Shown: positions 11,223-24,639, counted from the stretch's first letter. The stretch is 64,000 nt of DNA from Mobula hypostoma (GCF_963921235.1 NC_086097.1:129024001-129088000), one strand, 5' to 3'. Notes: generated by a model from the letters alone, not told the origin. Program-made: numbers and translations.

Positions 11223-12058
11223 TGCCCAAATTGTATTGTATATCTTAATGTTGAATACAGTATATGGAGCTCCAGGATCTAGACATTGTGACAAGAAACT
11301 TGTGGAATATTGTGTTCATTTGGTATGTTGTGTGTTCAATTGTGGACACCTTGTTTTTGGAAAGATGTCATTGAATTGGAAAGAGTGCAGAGGATATTTG
11401 CAAGGATTTGCTGAGGGTGGAAGAACTGAGTTGGAGAAAGGTTGAACAAGTTGGGACCGTTTTCATAGCAGCATGGGAAATCCAGAGGCAATCTAATAGA
11501 GGTGCGCAAAATTGTGAGGGACATATATTGCCGATAAAAAATATCCACCTTGGAAGTTCATGTTTTATTGTTTTACAACATTGAATCAAAGTGGATTTAA
11601 TTTGGCGTTTTTGACACTGATCAACAGAAAGACTCTTTTGTGTCAAAGTGAAAACAGATCTCTACAAAGTGATCTAAATTAAAACACAAAATATAAAATC
11701 TAAGTATAAAACACAAAATAATTGATTACATAATTACTCACGCCCTTCAAGTCAGTATTCACTAGATGCACCTTTGCTAGCAATTACAACCTTGAATCTG
11801 TGTGGATCAGTCTTTATCAGCTTTGCACATCTGGACACTGCAATTTTTCCCCATTCTTATTTACAAAGCTGCTCAAGCTCTGTCAGATTGCATGGGGATT
11901 GTGAGTGAACAGCCCTTTTCAAGTCCAGCCACAAATTCTCAATTGGTTTGAGGTCTGGGCTCTGACTTGGCCACTCCAGAACATAACTTGGTTGATTTTA
12001 AGGCATTCCTGGTAGCTTTGGCTTTATGCTCAGGGTCACTGTCTTGATGGAAAGCAAA

Positions 12059-12582
12059 TGTAACTCTCACTTCGGCTAGCAGCTTAATATAGGGGGTGAT
12101 AGCCCCCAGCCCGGACAAACTTAAGAAATCTTGCTTGGGTGGATGCTGCACAATGTGTCCCCTGTTACAAATCAGTACCCCGAAATAACAAACAGTAAAC
12201 AATATGCGATTAAACAATTAAGCTTTAGAATTCTTACTTTGACTATATGGTCAGTAAAGAAACGAGTAAAAGAAAACAAAGGGCCCAATCTTATCAAACA
12301 GTCTGTTGCGCAATGTTGGAGCTCACTGATAGGTCGATCGTCCACCAATCGTCGCTGACTTTCAGACCCTCGCTCCAAGTCCACCCTGTCTGGCGGTCTA
12401 CCAACTCTTTCCATTCGCGTCTTCTCTTCTCATCTCTCCCCGGCAAAAGACCACGAAAATCTCTCTTCCAGCTCACAAGAAAGAGCAACAACATTCCAAA
12501 CCCCGTTATCTCTAGTCACAACCCAAACATTGCGCTACAGAGAAACCATTACATTATCAGTGAAACCAGACAGCATGTTACA
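12059..12582. mobile_element. Solo LTR inserted in the Tc1 transposase
   Basis: 524 bp bounded by TGTAAC...GTTACA, with a 4-bp near-TSD caaa/taaa. Tc1 sequence is continuous across it. Confidence 0.7.
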
Positions 12583-12649
12583 TAAATCTCCGAAGTTACA
12601 GTTCTTTTGCGGACTGCATCAGGCATTCCTCCTGGATTTGCCTTTATTT

Positions 12650-13770
12650 TATAGAAACATAGAAAACCTACAGTACAATACGGGCCCTTCGGCCCACAAT
12701 GCTGTGCCGAACAAGAACTTACTTTAGAAATTACCAAGGGCTACCCATAGCCCTCTATTTTTCTAAGCTGCATGTACCTATCCAAGAGTCTCTTAAAAGA
12801 CCCTATTGTATCTGCCTCCACTACCATCACCACCAGCAGCCCATTCCACGCACTTATCACTCTCTGCATAAAAAAACTTACCCCTGATATCTCCTCTGTA
12901 CCTACTTCCAAGCACCTTAAAACTGTGCCCTCTGATGTTAGAAATTTCGGCCCTGAGAAAAAGCCTCTGACAATGCCTCTTATACACCTCCCTCTATCAT
13001 CTTATACACTTCTTGCTATCAGGTCACCTCTCATCCTCCGTCGCTCCAAGGAGAAAAGGCCAAGCTCACTCAACCTATTCTCATAAGGCATGCTCCCCAA
13101 TCCAGGCAATATCCCTGTAAGTCTCCTCCGCACCCTTTCTATAGTTTCCACATCCTTCCTGTAGTGGGGTGATCTGAACTGAGCACAGTACTCCAAGTGG
13201 GGTCTGACCAGGATCCTATATAGCTGTAACTTTACCTCTCAGCTCTGGAACTCAATCCCACAACTGATGAAGGCCAATACACTGTATGCCTTCTTAACCA
13301 CACAGTCAACCTGCGCAGCAGCTTTGAGTGTCCTATGGACTCGGACCCCATGATCCCTCTGATCCTCCACACTGCCAAGAGTCTTACCATTTATACTATA
13401 TTATGTCATCATATTTGACCTACCAAAATGAACCACCTCACACTTATCTGGGTTGAACTCCACCTGCCACTTCTCAGCCCAATTTTGCGGCCTATCAATG
13501 TCCCGCTGTAACCTCTGATAGCCCTCCACACTATCTACAACACCCCCAACCTTTGTGTCATCAGCAAATTTACTAACCCAACCCTCCACTTCCTCATCCA
13601 GGTCATTTATAAAAATCACAAAGAGAAGGGGTCCCAGAACAGATCCCTGAGGCACACCACTGATTACCGACCTCCAAGCAGAATACGACCCACTTTGCCT
13701 TCTGTGGGCAAGCCAATTCTGAATCCACAAAGCAAGGGCCCCTTGGATCCAATGCCTCCTTACTTTCTCA
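12650..13770 (-). mobile_element. Relatively young 5'-truncated CR1 inserted in Tc1
   Basis: SGVPQGSVLGPLLFVIFINDLD...[22 protein letters not shown]; (ctatgttt)-type tail. Confidence 0.92.
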
Positions 13771-15747
13771 ATATTTGCTGCATTTATTTTACCCTCTCCT
13801 TCATAAGCCTTCGAAGACCTGCTTCAGTGAAGCATTTCCACAGCATGATATGGCTACCACCATGCTTCACAGTAGGGCTAGTGTGTTTTTAATGATGTGC
13901 AGTGTTCAGCTTAACGCCAAACATAGTGTTTGGTCTCATGGCCAAAAAGCCCAATTTTGGTTTCATCAGACCATAGAACCTTCTTCCAGCTGACTTCAGA
14001 GACTCCCACATGTCTTCTGACAAACTCTAACCAAGATTTCATGTGAGGGTTTTTTTCAGTAGTAGCTTCCTCTTTGCCACTCTCCCACAGAGCTGTGACT
14101 GGTGAAGCACCCGGGCAACAGTTGCTGTATGTGCACTCTCTCCCATCTCGGCCACTGAATCTTGTAACTCCTTTCGTGTTGTCATAGGTCCCTTGGTGGC
14201 CTCCCTCACTATCCCCTTCTTGCACGGTCACTCAGTTTTTGAGGATGGCCAGTTCTCTGCAGATTTACAGCCGTGCCATATTCTCTCCATTTCTGTAAGA
14301 TTGACTTAACTGTACTCCAAGGGATATTCAGTAACTTGGAGATTTTCTTGTATCCATTTCCAGACCTGTGCTTTTGAATAACTATTTTTCACAAAGATGC
14401 TTGGAGTATTCTTTTGTCTTCATGGGGTAGTTTTTGCCTTCCAGGTACTGGTGTATTTTCACTACAATCAATTGAAATGCCTTGACTGTGCACAGGTCTC
14501 CAAAATCAGATTTCCATTTAAGTAATTATGTGACTTCTAAATTCAATTGGCTGCACCGGTGATGATTTGGTGTGTCATATTGAAGGGGAGGAGGTGAATA
14601 CTTATGCAATCAATTATTTTTGTGTTTTATATTTGTAATTAATTTTGATCACTTTGTAGAGATCTGTTTTCACTTTGACACAGAAGAGTCTTTTACTTTT
14701 GATCAGTGTCAAAAAAGCCTAATTAAATCCACTATGATTCAATGTTGTAAAACAATAAGCATTAAAACTTCCAAGGGCAGGTGGATACATCTTATGGGAA
14801 CTGTAGATTGGATGAATGAACACAGTCTCTTTCCCAGATTTGAGAGATCAAGAACAGGATGCATTGGTTTAAGGTGAGATGGGGTACATTTAATACAAAC
14901 CTGAGGATAAAATTTGTCACCCATAGGATGATCAGTCCATGAAATGAGCTGCCAGAGGAAGTGGTTGAGGCAGGTACATTAACAATGTTTAGAAAATACT
15001 TGGATAGGTAGATGGATTGGAAACGTTTTGTGGGGTATGATCCAAATGCAGATAAATGAGACTAGCCTAAATGTGAATCCTGGTCACCACGGATCAGTTG
15101 GGTTAAAGGGCCTGTTTCTGTGCTGTATGACTCCATGAAGGAACATAGTAAATGCCAAAGTCCGAATGTTCTATGCTTTGGAGTGGAAGTTGCCACTGGA
15201 GATATTCCCATGCACATTCAGCCCTTCTTCTGTAATTCGGATGTCTGGGAGGGTCTGGCGTAGAAACGATTGTGGATCGCATCAGTGAGAAATACGATGA
15301 ACATCCAGAAGGAAAGGCACAGCCTACATTCTGATCTTTCAGGATCTAGTTGTGGGATTCATTGGAAAGTGAAACTTATATCGGAACTCACCTACAATTT
15401 CTGTTGTGATAGGTAGAGAGAAAAGAAGCCATTAAATATGAAGAGTAACCACAACTTTAACTCAGGAGTAGGGGGTGGGGTGAAAGAAGCAGTGGTGTTG
15501 ATGAGTTCTCATACTGAGAACACTTATCACCTGAGCCTCACTTATTTTTACCAAATCAGACTTCTCCCCAGAAGATGCAAATATCTCTCTGTGGATGACG
15601 GGAGGGAGAAGGAGGCTTGAGAGATCCCAAAAGCAGGGGAAACAGGTTGGATTTCACCATGAGGTAGGACAATCAGAAGACCTCAGAATGGCCAATATTT
15701 CGATGGCCTTCAGTGACTCAATAAATTGTCACACAGGAGACTCCAGG

Positions 15748-16206
15748 TGGGAGGAGCTAAGATGGCACCAGAGGGTGACTACTTCAAGCTCATCTGCAAC
15801 ACAGCTTAAATTCCTCTCTTTAATGTCTCTTTTTTCCTTTTGAAGGTGGCTGGGGACGTGTGCCTACGGGGTGAGGCTTGGGGGATGACTGACTCCTTGC
15901 CAGTGTCGCCAACTGAAGCATTGCGGGAGATTGGAGCATCGAGACAACAGGTACGGCTGTTGGAGGCCCCTGCTCTCCTCTTCTCCTCTCCTCTCCCTCT
16001 CTCCCCTTCGATGGTTCTCGAGTCGGGTGAGCTTGAATAAGCATCATTGCAGACTAACATTGAAACAGGAAGCTGTTGGTCTACCCCCTTGCTCTGTAAG
16101 GGGTAACACCTCTGTGAGTGAGGGAGAGGGAGAGAGGGGGAGAGAGAGGAGGGGGAGGGAGGGAGGGAGGGGGGAGAGAGAGGAGGGGGAGGGAGGGAGG
16201 GAGGGG

Positions 16207-16266
<60 letters not shown>

Positions 16267-16580
16267 TTGAAGTGCTGGATTATGGACTGTAGTGTTTGAT
16301 GGACCTAGATCATGGTCTCTTTGAGGGCTTTCCTATTGCTTGCCTGGTGGGTGGTGGAGGGACTAATGCTTCCTGCTGGAACAAGTGGGGGAGGGGGCAG
16401 AGGAGGGTTGGTGCTTTGTTGCTGCTTGTGCATGGGGGGAGGAGGGGAACTTTGGGGTTCTAACGTTTTTCCTGTCATTCATTCTTTGGGGTTTTCATCT
16501 GTTTCGCGGATGTCTGCAAAGAGGAAGAATTTCAGGTTGTATAATGTATACATTTCTGATATTAAATGGAACCTTTGAAC
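15748..16580 (+). mobile_element. Non-autonomous retroelement with Rex1-like 3' tail and internal G/GA-rich tract
   Basis: Starts gaggagctaagatggc. Ends aagaatttcaggttgtata...attaaatggaacctttgaac, resembling the Rex1 tails at about 20915-20985 and 53180-53250. No ORF. Confidence 0.55.
16120..16263 (+). repeat. G/A-rich tract and (GA)n microsatellite
   Basis: Polypurine gggagggaggg runs followed by a pure (GA)n run. Confidence 0.95.
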
Positions 16581-16609
16581 ATGTAGCCGCCTGATAAGCA
16601 TACTTATCA

Positions 16610-18340
16610 AATTGGCTAATCGTTTATTATAGTTACATGTACTAGGATACAGTGAAAAACTTTTATGCCATCCATATAGATCACTTCATTACAAGAGTAA
16701 AATGAGGTCATACAAGAGAAAAACAATTACAGAATGCAGAATAAAGTGTTACAGGTACAGAGAAAATGTAATGCAGGCATATAATAAGGTGCGAGGCCAT
16801 AATGAGGTAGATTGTGAGGTCAAGAGTCCATCTTATCATACTTTGGGCTGCACAGTAGTCTTTTTGACAGCAGGATAGAAGCTGTTCTTAACGCTGGTGG
16901 TTCACGCTTCCTTTGTATCTTCTGCCCAATGGGAAGGAGGAGAAGAGAGAACATTTGGGTCCGTGATTATGTTGGGTGCTTTATCAAAACAGCAAGAAGC
17001 AGTGATGAAGTCCACAGATGGGAGGTTGGTTTCTTTGACGTGCTGAGCTGTTTTCGCACAGCCCTTTCTTATGGTCATGGCAGAGCTGTTCGCCGTACCA
17101 AGCCGTGATGCATCTGGATAGGTTCATCGATAAAAATTGGTTAGAGTGAAAGGGAAATGCCAAATTCCTTTAGCCTCCTGAACAAGAAGCAATGGTGAGC
17201 TTTCCTGGTCATGGTGCCTACGTGACCGGACCAGGACAGGGTTTTGGTGATGTTCACTCCTCGGAACTTGAAGTTTTCAACCCTCTCTACCCGAGCATTA
17301 TTGACGTAAACAGGTGCATGTACACTGCTCCTCCCACCTTCCTGCAGTCGATGACCCACTCTTTTGCGTTGATGATATTGAGAGAAAGGCTGTTGTCATG
17401 ATACAATTACACCAAGTCCTGTATCTCCGGGGCCACCACAGTGATGTCATCTACAAACTTGTAGATTGAGTTTGAGCAGAATCTGGCCAAGCAATCATGA
17501 ATGTGTAGGAAGTAGGATAGGGGCTGTGAACACAGCTTGTGGGGCACCAGTGTTGGAAATAATCATGACAGAGGTTTTACTGCCTCTTTTTATTCATTGT
17601 GGTCTGTTGATTAAGAAGTCAAGAATACAGATGCAAAGGAAGGTGTTGAGTACTAAGTCTAGGAGCTTGCAGATGAGTTTGCTTGGTATTATAGTATTGA
17701 AGGTGGAGCTTCTGTCGGTAAACAATATTCTAATGTAAGTGACTTTACTGTCCAGATGCTTTAGAGATGAGTGTAGGACCAGGGAATCGGTGTCCACTGA
17801 AGACTTGCTTTCAATGTAGGCAAATTGCAATGATGGTGAATGTCACAGCCACCAGGCACAACCTTATTTTTCTTTGGTACCTGGATGAAAGTGGATTTCT
17901 TGAAGTAATTGGGAACATGTGACTGAAGCAGAGAGGGGTTAAAATTATCTTCCAATACACCCATCAGCTGATCTACACAAGATCTAAGGACGTGGACAGG
18001 GCGTGGCTGATCTTACATCCTTAATGGTGACTGTGAGTTCAAGTGCATTAGACGCTGCCAGGGCGGTAGTGATGCTCTAACTCCCTTCTGTTCAAAATGA
18101 GCATTGAATGCATGAAGCTCATCAGGAAGGGATGCACAAATGGCCATGCTGTTCTGTAGCCCATTACAGAATAAAGCCCTGGCACAACTTGCAACTGGTC
18201 TGGAACTCAATCTTGGACTGCTATTGTCTCTTGGCATCGCTGAGATCTTTGCTGAGGTTGTATTGCAATTTCTCGTAGAGGTCAGCATTATGCACACGTT
18301 TAATGATGGATTTCTCCTCCTTCATGGTGGGTGCTAGGTC
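16610..18340 (-). mobile_element. Decayed Rex1/Babar-like LINE
   Basis: YIRILFTDRSSTFNTIIPSKL, ERVENFKFRGVNI and LPDELHAFNAHFE remnants. Confidence 0.85.
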
Positions 18341-18707
18341 TTCCATGCATAGCAGGATTTATTATGAAAAACAATATTTCACAGGAAACTCCTGTTAATG
18401 AGTAGATGAACAACATTTACAATGTTTCTGATTTCTGAAGGCTACCAGCTATAAGGTCTTCCTCACTATATGCATACCATGCATCAAATACAGGTGTAAG
18501 GAAACACAGCAGATAAAGAAAAGATGGAAATGAAAAATACTTGAGGAAGCTACACTGTCAGGAAACAGAACTGTGAGTCTCTGAATGAACAATCTTCTCA
18601 TTTTATACAGTGAGGCATGCCAAAGCCAAAACACTTGCACAACAATTACAGTAAGGACTAGTTAATTTTAGCTAAGCCTTCTTGAAGTCCTGGTATAGAC
18701 ATGTTCT

Positions 18708-19037
18708 TTTTTTTTGCGCGTGTCTGCATGCGTGCAAGCCTCTGTGTGTGCGTCTGCGTGCGCGTCTGTGCATGCATCTGTCCATGCGTCCATGATGATG
18801 TCTTTTTCATGGCTTTTTACAAGGCACGGAGCGAGAGAGAGACTGTGTGGCCCGCCATTCCTCACACAGACATTTTCGCAGTATTTTTCCCTTTTATTTT
18901 ACGAGGTCGAGTTGCGATCTCGACACTCAACCCGGCATGGATGGAAAGCGTACTCGGGATTGGACCCGACTGATTTTGAACCCGGGAACCTCCGCTCCCG
19001 GGTCCAGCGCCGATGTCATTGCACCACCAGCCGGCCC
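18708..19037 (-). mobile_element. Young tRNA-derived SINE with poly(A) tail
   Basis: Head ggccggctggtggtgcaatg (A box) and ggttcaaaatc (B box); CpG-rich; A tail; perfect 16-bp TSD ggtatagacatgttct (18692-18707 and 19038-19053). Confidence 0.9.
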
Positions 19038-19355
19038 GGTATAGACATGTTCTAACAATAAACTGTTGGCATTACCAACTTCGCCAAGTGTGACTTCATT
19101 CACCTTGTCAAACATATCAAATGCACCTTTGAAGATCACTAACACTGCTGGGTGTAAAAAAAAATGACAGATCTTAAGCTGACAATAGCAGTCATGCATG
19201 CAAGTGTACAGACAGCGTTTTCACCTTCAGGAACACTCTGCCCTCGCCACGAACTCCAATTAGCTCGTCAAATTTCTTTGCACATTCGGAGCTGCTTCCA
19301 TAGGTGTTGTGATCTGCAAGGCAAAATTGAGCAAAAATGTAGTCAAGATAACATT

Positions 19356-19622
19356 GGGGCACTGCAGTAGTGTAGCGGTCAGCATGACGATATTACACCT
19401 CGGGCCACCAGAGTTCAAAGTTCAATCCCTGCATACTCTGTAAAGAGTTTGTATGTTCTCCGCATGACCGCGTGGGTTTACTCCGTGTGCTTCGATTTCC
19501 TCCCACAGTCTAAATATATAACGGTTGGTAGGTTAATTGGTCATTATAAATTGTCCCATGATTAGGCTAGGGTTAAGTCAGGGGTTGCTGGTGCCTGTTT
19601 GACACTGTATCTCTAAATAAAA
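19356..19622 (+). mobile_element. tRNA-derived V-SINE
   Basis: A box tagtgtagcgg, B box gttcaatcc and V domain. Confidence 0.8.
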
Positions 19623-19889
19623 TACACCTTAGTTTTTTGTTTCTAATGGTAAATAGGGGTTAATTGGTCATTGATTCATTAATGACAGATGTACCTAGAG
19701 ACAGTGAAAAACTTTTTAGCATGCTATCCAGACAGATCATTCCAAAAGTTAAGGTCGTAGTAAAGGATAAAAAAAAAATGACAGAATGGAGAATACAGTA
19801 ATAGTTATACAGAGAAAGTGCTATACAGGTAGAACATTAATGGTGAGGGTCATGACAAGAAAGACTGAGATCAAGAGTTCAGCTTTATC

Positions 19890-20985
19890 GTACAAGTCCG
19901 TTTGGATTTGCAACAACGTCTCCTCCACAATCTCCATCAGCACAGGTGCACCACAAGGCTGTGTGCTTAGCCCCCTGCTCTACCCGCTTTACACTTATGA
20001 CTGTGAGGCTAAGCACAGTTCCAAAGCCATATTCAAGTTTGCTGACAAGACCACCGTTGTAGGCCAAATCAAAGGTGGCGACGAATCAGCATACAGGAGG
20101 GAGATTGAAAATCTGGCTGAGTGGTGCCAAAGCAACAACCTCTTACTCGATGTCAGCAAGGCTGAGGAGCTGAGTATTGACTTCAGGAGGAGGAAACCAC
20201 AGGGCCATGAGTCAGTTCTCACTGGAGGACCAGAGGTGGAGAGGGTTAGCAACTTTAAATTCCCCTGAGTTGTTCTGGGCCAGCATGTAAGGGCAATTAC
20301 TCAGAAAGCATAGCAGTGCCTCTACTTCCTTAACAGTTCGTGAAGATTCAGCATGACATCTAAAACTTTGACAAACTTCGAGAAATATGTAGTAGAGAGT
20401 ATATTAACTGGCTGCATCACAGCCTGGTATGGAAACACCAATGCCCTTGAACAGAAAATCCTACAAAAAGTAGTGGATACAGCCCAGTCCATCACAGGTA
20501 AAGCCCTCTCCAACACTGGGCATATCTACACGAAGTGTTGTCGCAGGAAAGCAGCATCCAACATCAGGGACCCCCACCATCGAGATCACGCTCTCTTCTC
20601 ACTGCCGCCATCAGGAAGAAGGTTCAGGAGCATCAGGACTCACACCACCGGGATTAGGAACAGTTATTACCTCCTAACCACCAAGCTCTTGAACAGAAGG
20701 AGTTGATTCACATAACTTCATTTGTCCCATCAGTGAAATGTTCCCACAACATATGGACTCACTTTCAAGTAATCATCATCTCAGGTTCTCTATATTTATT
20801 GCTTATTTATTTATTATTATTATTTCTTTCTTTCCTTCTTTGCACAGTTTGTTGACTTTTGCACATCCAGTTGGTGCAGTCTTTCATTGATTCTATTATT
20901 GAGCATGCCCGCAAGAAAATGAATCTTAGGGTTCTATATGGTGACATATATGTACTTTGATAATAAATTTACTTTGAACTTTGAA
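19890..20985 (+). mobile_element. Rex1/Babar-like LINE 3' half, inserted in an older opposite-strand Rex1 (about 19665-19885 and 20990-21240)
   Basis: STGAPQGCVLSPLLY.LYTYDC...KFADKTTVVG; VESILTGCITAWYGN; (tttgaac) tail. Confidence 0.9.
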
Positions 20986-22018
20986 GTGGTGCATTCAAGT
21001 GTCCTATCAATGGGAGATGAGCCTGGTGGAGTGTTTTCTCAGGCTTTTGTATTCTGCCCAATGGGAGCAAGCAAAGAGAGAATGACCAGTGTGAGAGATG
21101 TCTTTGCTCATGTTGGGTGCTTTCCAAGTGCAGCAGGAAGTACAGACTGTGTCAATGAAGAGGAGGACAGTTTTCATGATAGACAGGGCTGTGTACACCG
21201 CTCTACAATTTCATGCATTCTTAGGCAAAGCAACTGGTATATGCTATTGACGACACCCTTTCTCCTCAATGGTACTGGTTGCCAGAAGAAGAATACCAGT
21301 GGACAATTCCACCAGCATCCATGCAACAATCTCTTTTCCTTTATATGAGAGTCTGAAAATGGAGCGATTTCCATTACAACTAGAACTAATCTGGTAAAGT
21401 AATTTAGAATGGATTCAGAGACCAGAATGTATAGTAGAAGTATTTCCGGCAAGTTTTTGAACAGATATCTGGAGAAAAATGTGAGAAAACACTAAGCAAT
21501 AAGTGAGGTGTCGCATCTATAAAACAGAGGTCAAAAGTTGGAGAGTGTAGCGTATGCAAGAGACCAGCATTTAACTGGTAAACCAAACCAGTGTAGGATG
21601 CTTAAAATGAGATAAAAACACAATGATGAAGAAAAAAGAAAAAAGGATGAATAAAGTTTTAAAAAGGGTGAAGCAAATCAGCTGGATGCTGATATTGTAA
21701 TGTTACAAGATTGTTCGCCACTTTTGATTCATGAGGTTCCAGAGAAAGGGAGCAAAATTTCCTCTGATCACTCTGCCCAATTATACTGTGGTCAGAGCTG
21801 CAAAGATTTCCCCTGTTTAGTATTCTTACAGAATCAAGCACATGGTTTCTGTAAGCACATGGAACATTGCTTTGGTCATGGCAACCAGAAGAAACCTCTT
21901 CCGGTTATTCTGAAACAGTTACAAAGTCTTCGAGGTAAGAATCAAAATTATCTGAGAAGAAGCATTCTGAGGGTAAAGACCAATGTTATTCTCATTGCAT
22001 ATTTCCAAGAACATTGTA

Positions 22019-22022
<4 letters not shown>

Positions 22023-22068
<46 letters not shown>
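22023..22068 (+). repeat. (CA)n microsatellite
   Basis: Uninterrupted CA run. Confidence 0.97.
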
Positions 22069-22072
<4 letters not shown>

Positions 22073-24349
22073 CAAAGGAGCTATGGCATGTATTTGTTTT
22101 AAGCTATTTTGCAACATTTGCAAACATCAAATGTTTTGCTTTTTGAAAGTTGCGGAGGAAATGCAACAGCCCAAGATGTACAAGAACTCAATAAAGAAAT
22201 CTGCATAGTTTATGCCTGGCTCTGTGAGCCAACGTTCTTAATTAAGAGAAAAATCTGCACAGTATATAATGGTAGCATCCAAATTAATTCTTTGCAAAGG
22301 GCTTATGATTTTGTTAATTCTTTCTCCATTACATCCCACTGTGCTTCACTTAAATCAAAAGGATATACTAATCCTATGAATCAAACAATAATTAGTTATT
22401 CACTTACAATGTTTTAATGTATCTTTTGACCTACAAGCTGACACAAATAGTTAAAGGTATTATGGTTTGATAGAAAGAGGACTATAACAAATGTTTGGGG
22501 CAACCACGCTTGGCTCTCAGGTTACATGTTATTCCTTTTCAAGTGAAATTGTTCCCATCCAGTCTAGGACCTTACACTAATGAAACTTAAACTGGAGGGT
22601 GTCGCATCCTATTTAAAACATTGTAAAGCAAGGCACACTAACAAGCAAAGCAATTACTGCTTCTGTGGGCAGTTTTCCTTTGTATGCATTGGCTTTACAC
22701 TGACACAGCATACAGTGATAGAATTAAAAAATAATCTAGTAAGTTCAATTTCTTTTTAACAAGGTTGCCATTATTTCCTTTCTTCTCCCTTTTGTTTGAG
22801 ATTCAGTAATATTACCCAATGCTGCAAAACTGGCTGGCTGAATTCATTTCAACTCCTACTCTCCAAATATCTTGTAATAATTTGCTAAATAAAACGCAAT
22901 AACAATAATTTCTCTCCCGCAACAACAGCAAGGAGCTCCTCAAATTGAAGTTCAATATAATTTGCACTGAGATCTGAATAAAACATATAAGGAAAATCAG
23001 TCAAACGCTCGCAATTAAAGAAGATGAAAAATCTAAAAAGAAATTAAATTTAGTTGTAATACAACTTCCATTCTTCTCTTGCTAGAAAATTACTACCAAA
23101 GTGTTTTTTCTGTAATTTAAATGTTAAGCCACCAGATGTGTGTCTCATGCTTGAAGAGTTGAAGCTTTGCATTATTTAGCATATTAAGACCCACAGAATG
23201 TAAAAAAAGAATTCTTCATTGCCTCAAGGTTCTAATTAAGTAAACCTTTGCTTGATGCATGCAAAAATTGCAATACAAGAAATTTCTTTTTGCAGTCAGT
23301 CCCAGCAATATAATAAATATGGAAAATTCTAAACCGATATAATTTTTCTTTTGCTTCAGGATTCAAATATATCTACTATAATCAGCTACTCGGAATAAAG
23401 GCAAACAATCAACAAGAGACCTAAAGCACTTAGGTTAACATCCACATACTTTGTGTAATAGTAAATGAATATCACATTTCACACACAGTATTCACAAAAC
23501 ATAAGTTTAAACTTAGTTATCTGTGGCATTTTCCAAAGATCTCAACTTTGCGTGACAGAGTAACTTGGCTGCATGATCTCTTCTACGGCACCAAGAGCCA
23601 TTAAATGCACAATCTGATGCAGCTTCTGCATTTGCACTTTTATTTCCAAAATTTGGCTCCTTTGACTTCACTACAAGCAGTGCACAGACACAATTAAACA
23701 GATTTAGCACATGTAACCAATGGAGGTTTTTTTTCCCCCCAAATTCCTCAATTAGCAAATTGCCAATAAAATGGCAAGCTTCATGTATGAAGTTTAGCCA
23801 AAAAGCAAAAGTGCTGTAGAAGCTGGAGTTGAAAACCTGAAACGCTGAAAGTACTTAAGCAGGTTCGAATGCAAGATGAATTTATGGAGAACTCAAGGTG
23901 GGAGTAATATTTCAGGAACATGATCCTGAATATCTAATGCTCTACGAGGTTCCAGATTGAACAGTTACTGCCCTTTTTCCAGGGAAGCCAAGAAATTATT
24001 TAAGACTGTAAACTTGTGGAAGTAATGAACATCAAAAATATGCAAATAAGAATAAGGTTCATAAGTTGAAAACACCTAATGGAACAAAATCAAACTGGGA
24101 AAAATTCTTTGGTCCAAGAATAATCAGAATAAAGAACATGACTTCCATAAGAAACTGTTAAAGCAAATATATTTTTGAAAGGTAATTAGTTTAGCTTATG
24201 AGTAGAGATAATGAATAAAAGAGATATTGAGAGCCATTTGGACAGAATGGGGAAACTCATTTGGAGCAGAGATAATAGCATGCATGATTTGGGCTCAATG
24301 GCCTGTTTCTATGCACTTCTACAGAATTATTTACTGAACACAGATCAAA

Positions 24350-24630
24350 TATAGAACAGAACAGCCGTTTTGGCCCATGATGCCTGCACCAAACATGTTG
24401 CCAAATTAAACTAAACCTCTTCAGCTTGTACATGATCTATATCCCTTCATTCCATGTATTTTAAGTGCCCATCTAAAAGCCTCTAATATACCACTATCAC
24501 ATCTGGTTCCACCACAACTTCAACAGCCCATTCAGCGTGTAATAAAATGAAATGCACATCTCTCTTAAACTTTCCTCTTCTCATCTTAAATGTATGTATA
24601 CTAATATTTGAACTTTCAACCGTAGAAACA
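24350..24630 (-). mobile_element. CR1 3' fragment
   Basis: tagaacag tail, ggcccatgatg... and HTFKMRRGKFKRDV remnant. Confidence 0.65.
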
Positions 24631-24639
24631 AAAACAGAT

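Larger units (their letters stand above)
11526..14803 (-). mobile_element. Tc1 DNA transposon with long IR/DR-type terminal inverted repeats, decayed and interrupted
   Basis: Inverted repeats of roughly 220 bp (about 11526-11750 and 14580-14803), each with inner and outer 'attcacc..cttg'-like repeats, and TA flanks. Transposase motifs WKKVLWSDETKIGLFG, FHQDSDPEHKAK and [13 protein letters not shown]. Confidence 0.9.
11290..15140 (+). mobile_element. Old CR1 3' part split by a Tc1 insertion
   Basis: CR1 RT C-terminal sequence (EYCV..., aaaattgtgagggaca|TA) resumes at 14804 (TA|gattggatgaatgaacacagtct...) and runs to the 3' UTR. Confidence 0.75.

Noticed and set aside
15195..15330. Hydrophobic minus-strand peptide LCLSFWMFIVFLTDAIHNRFY
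   Set aside because: No strong acceptor and no match to the OFCC1 transmembrane region as I recall it.
21700..22146. 148-aa plus-strand ORF
   Set aside because: No recognisable domain, runs through a (CA)n repeat, and is antisense to the host gene.
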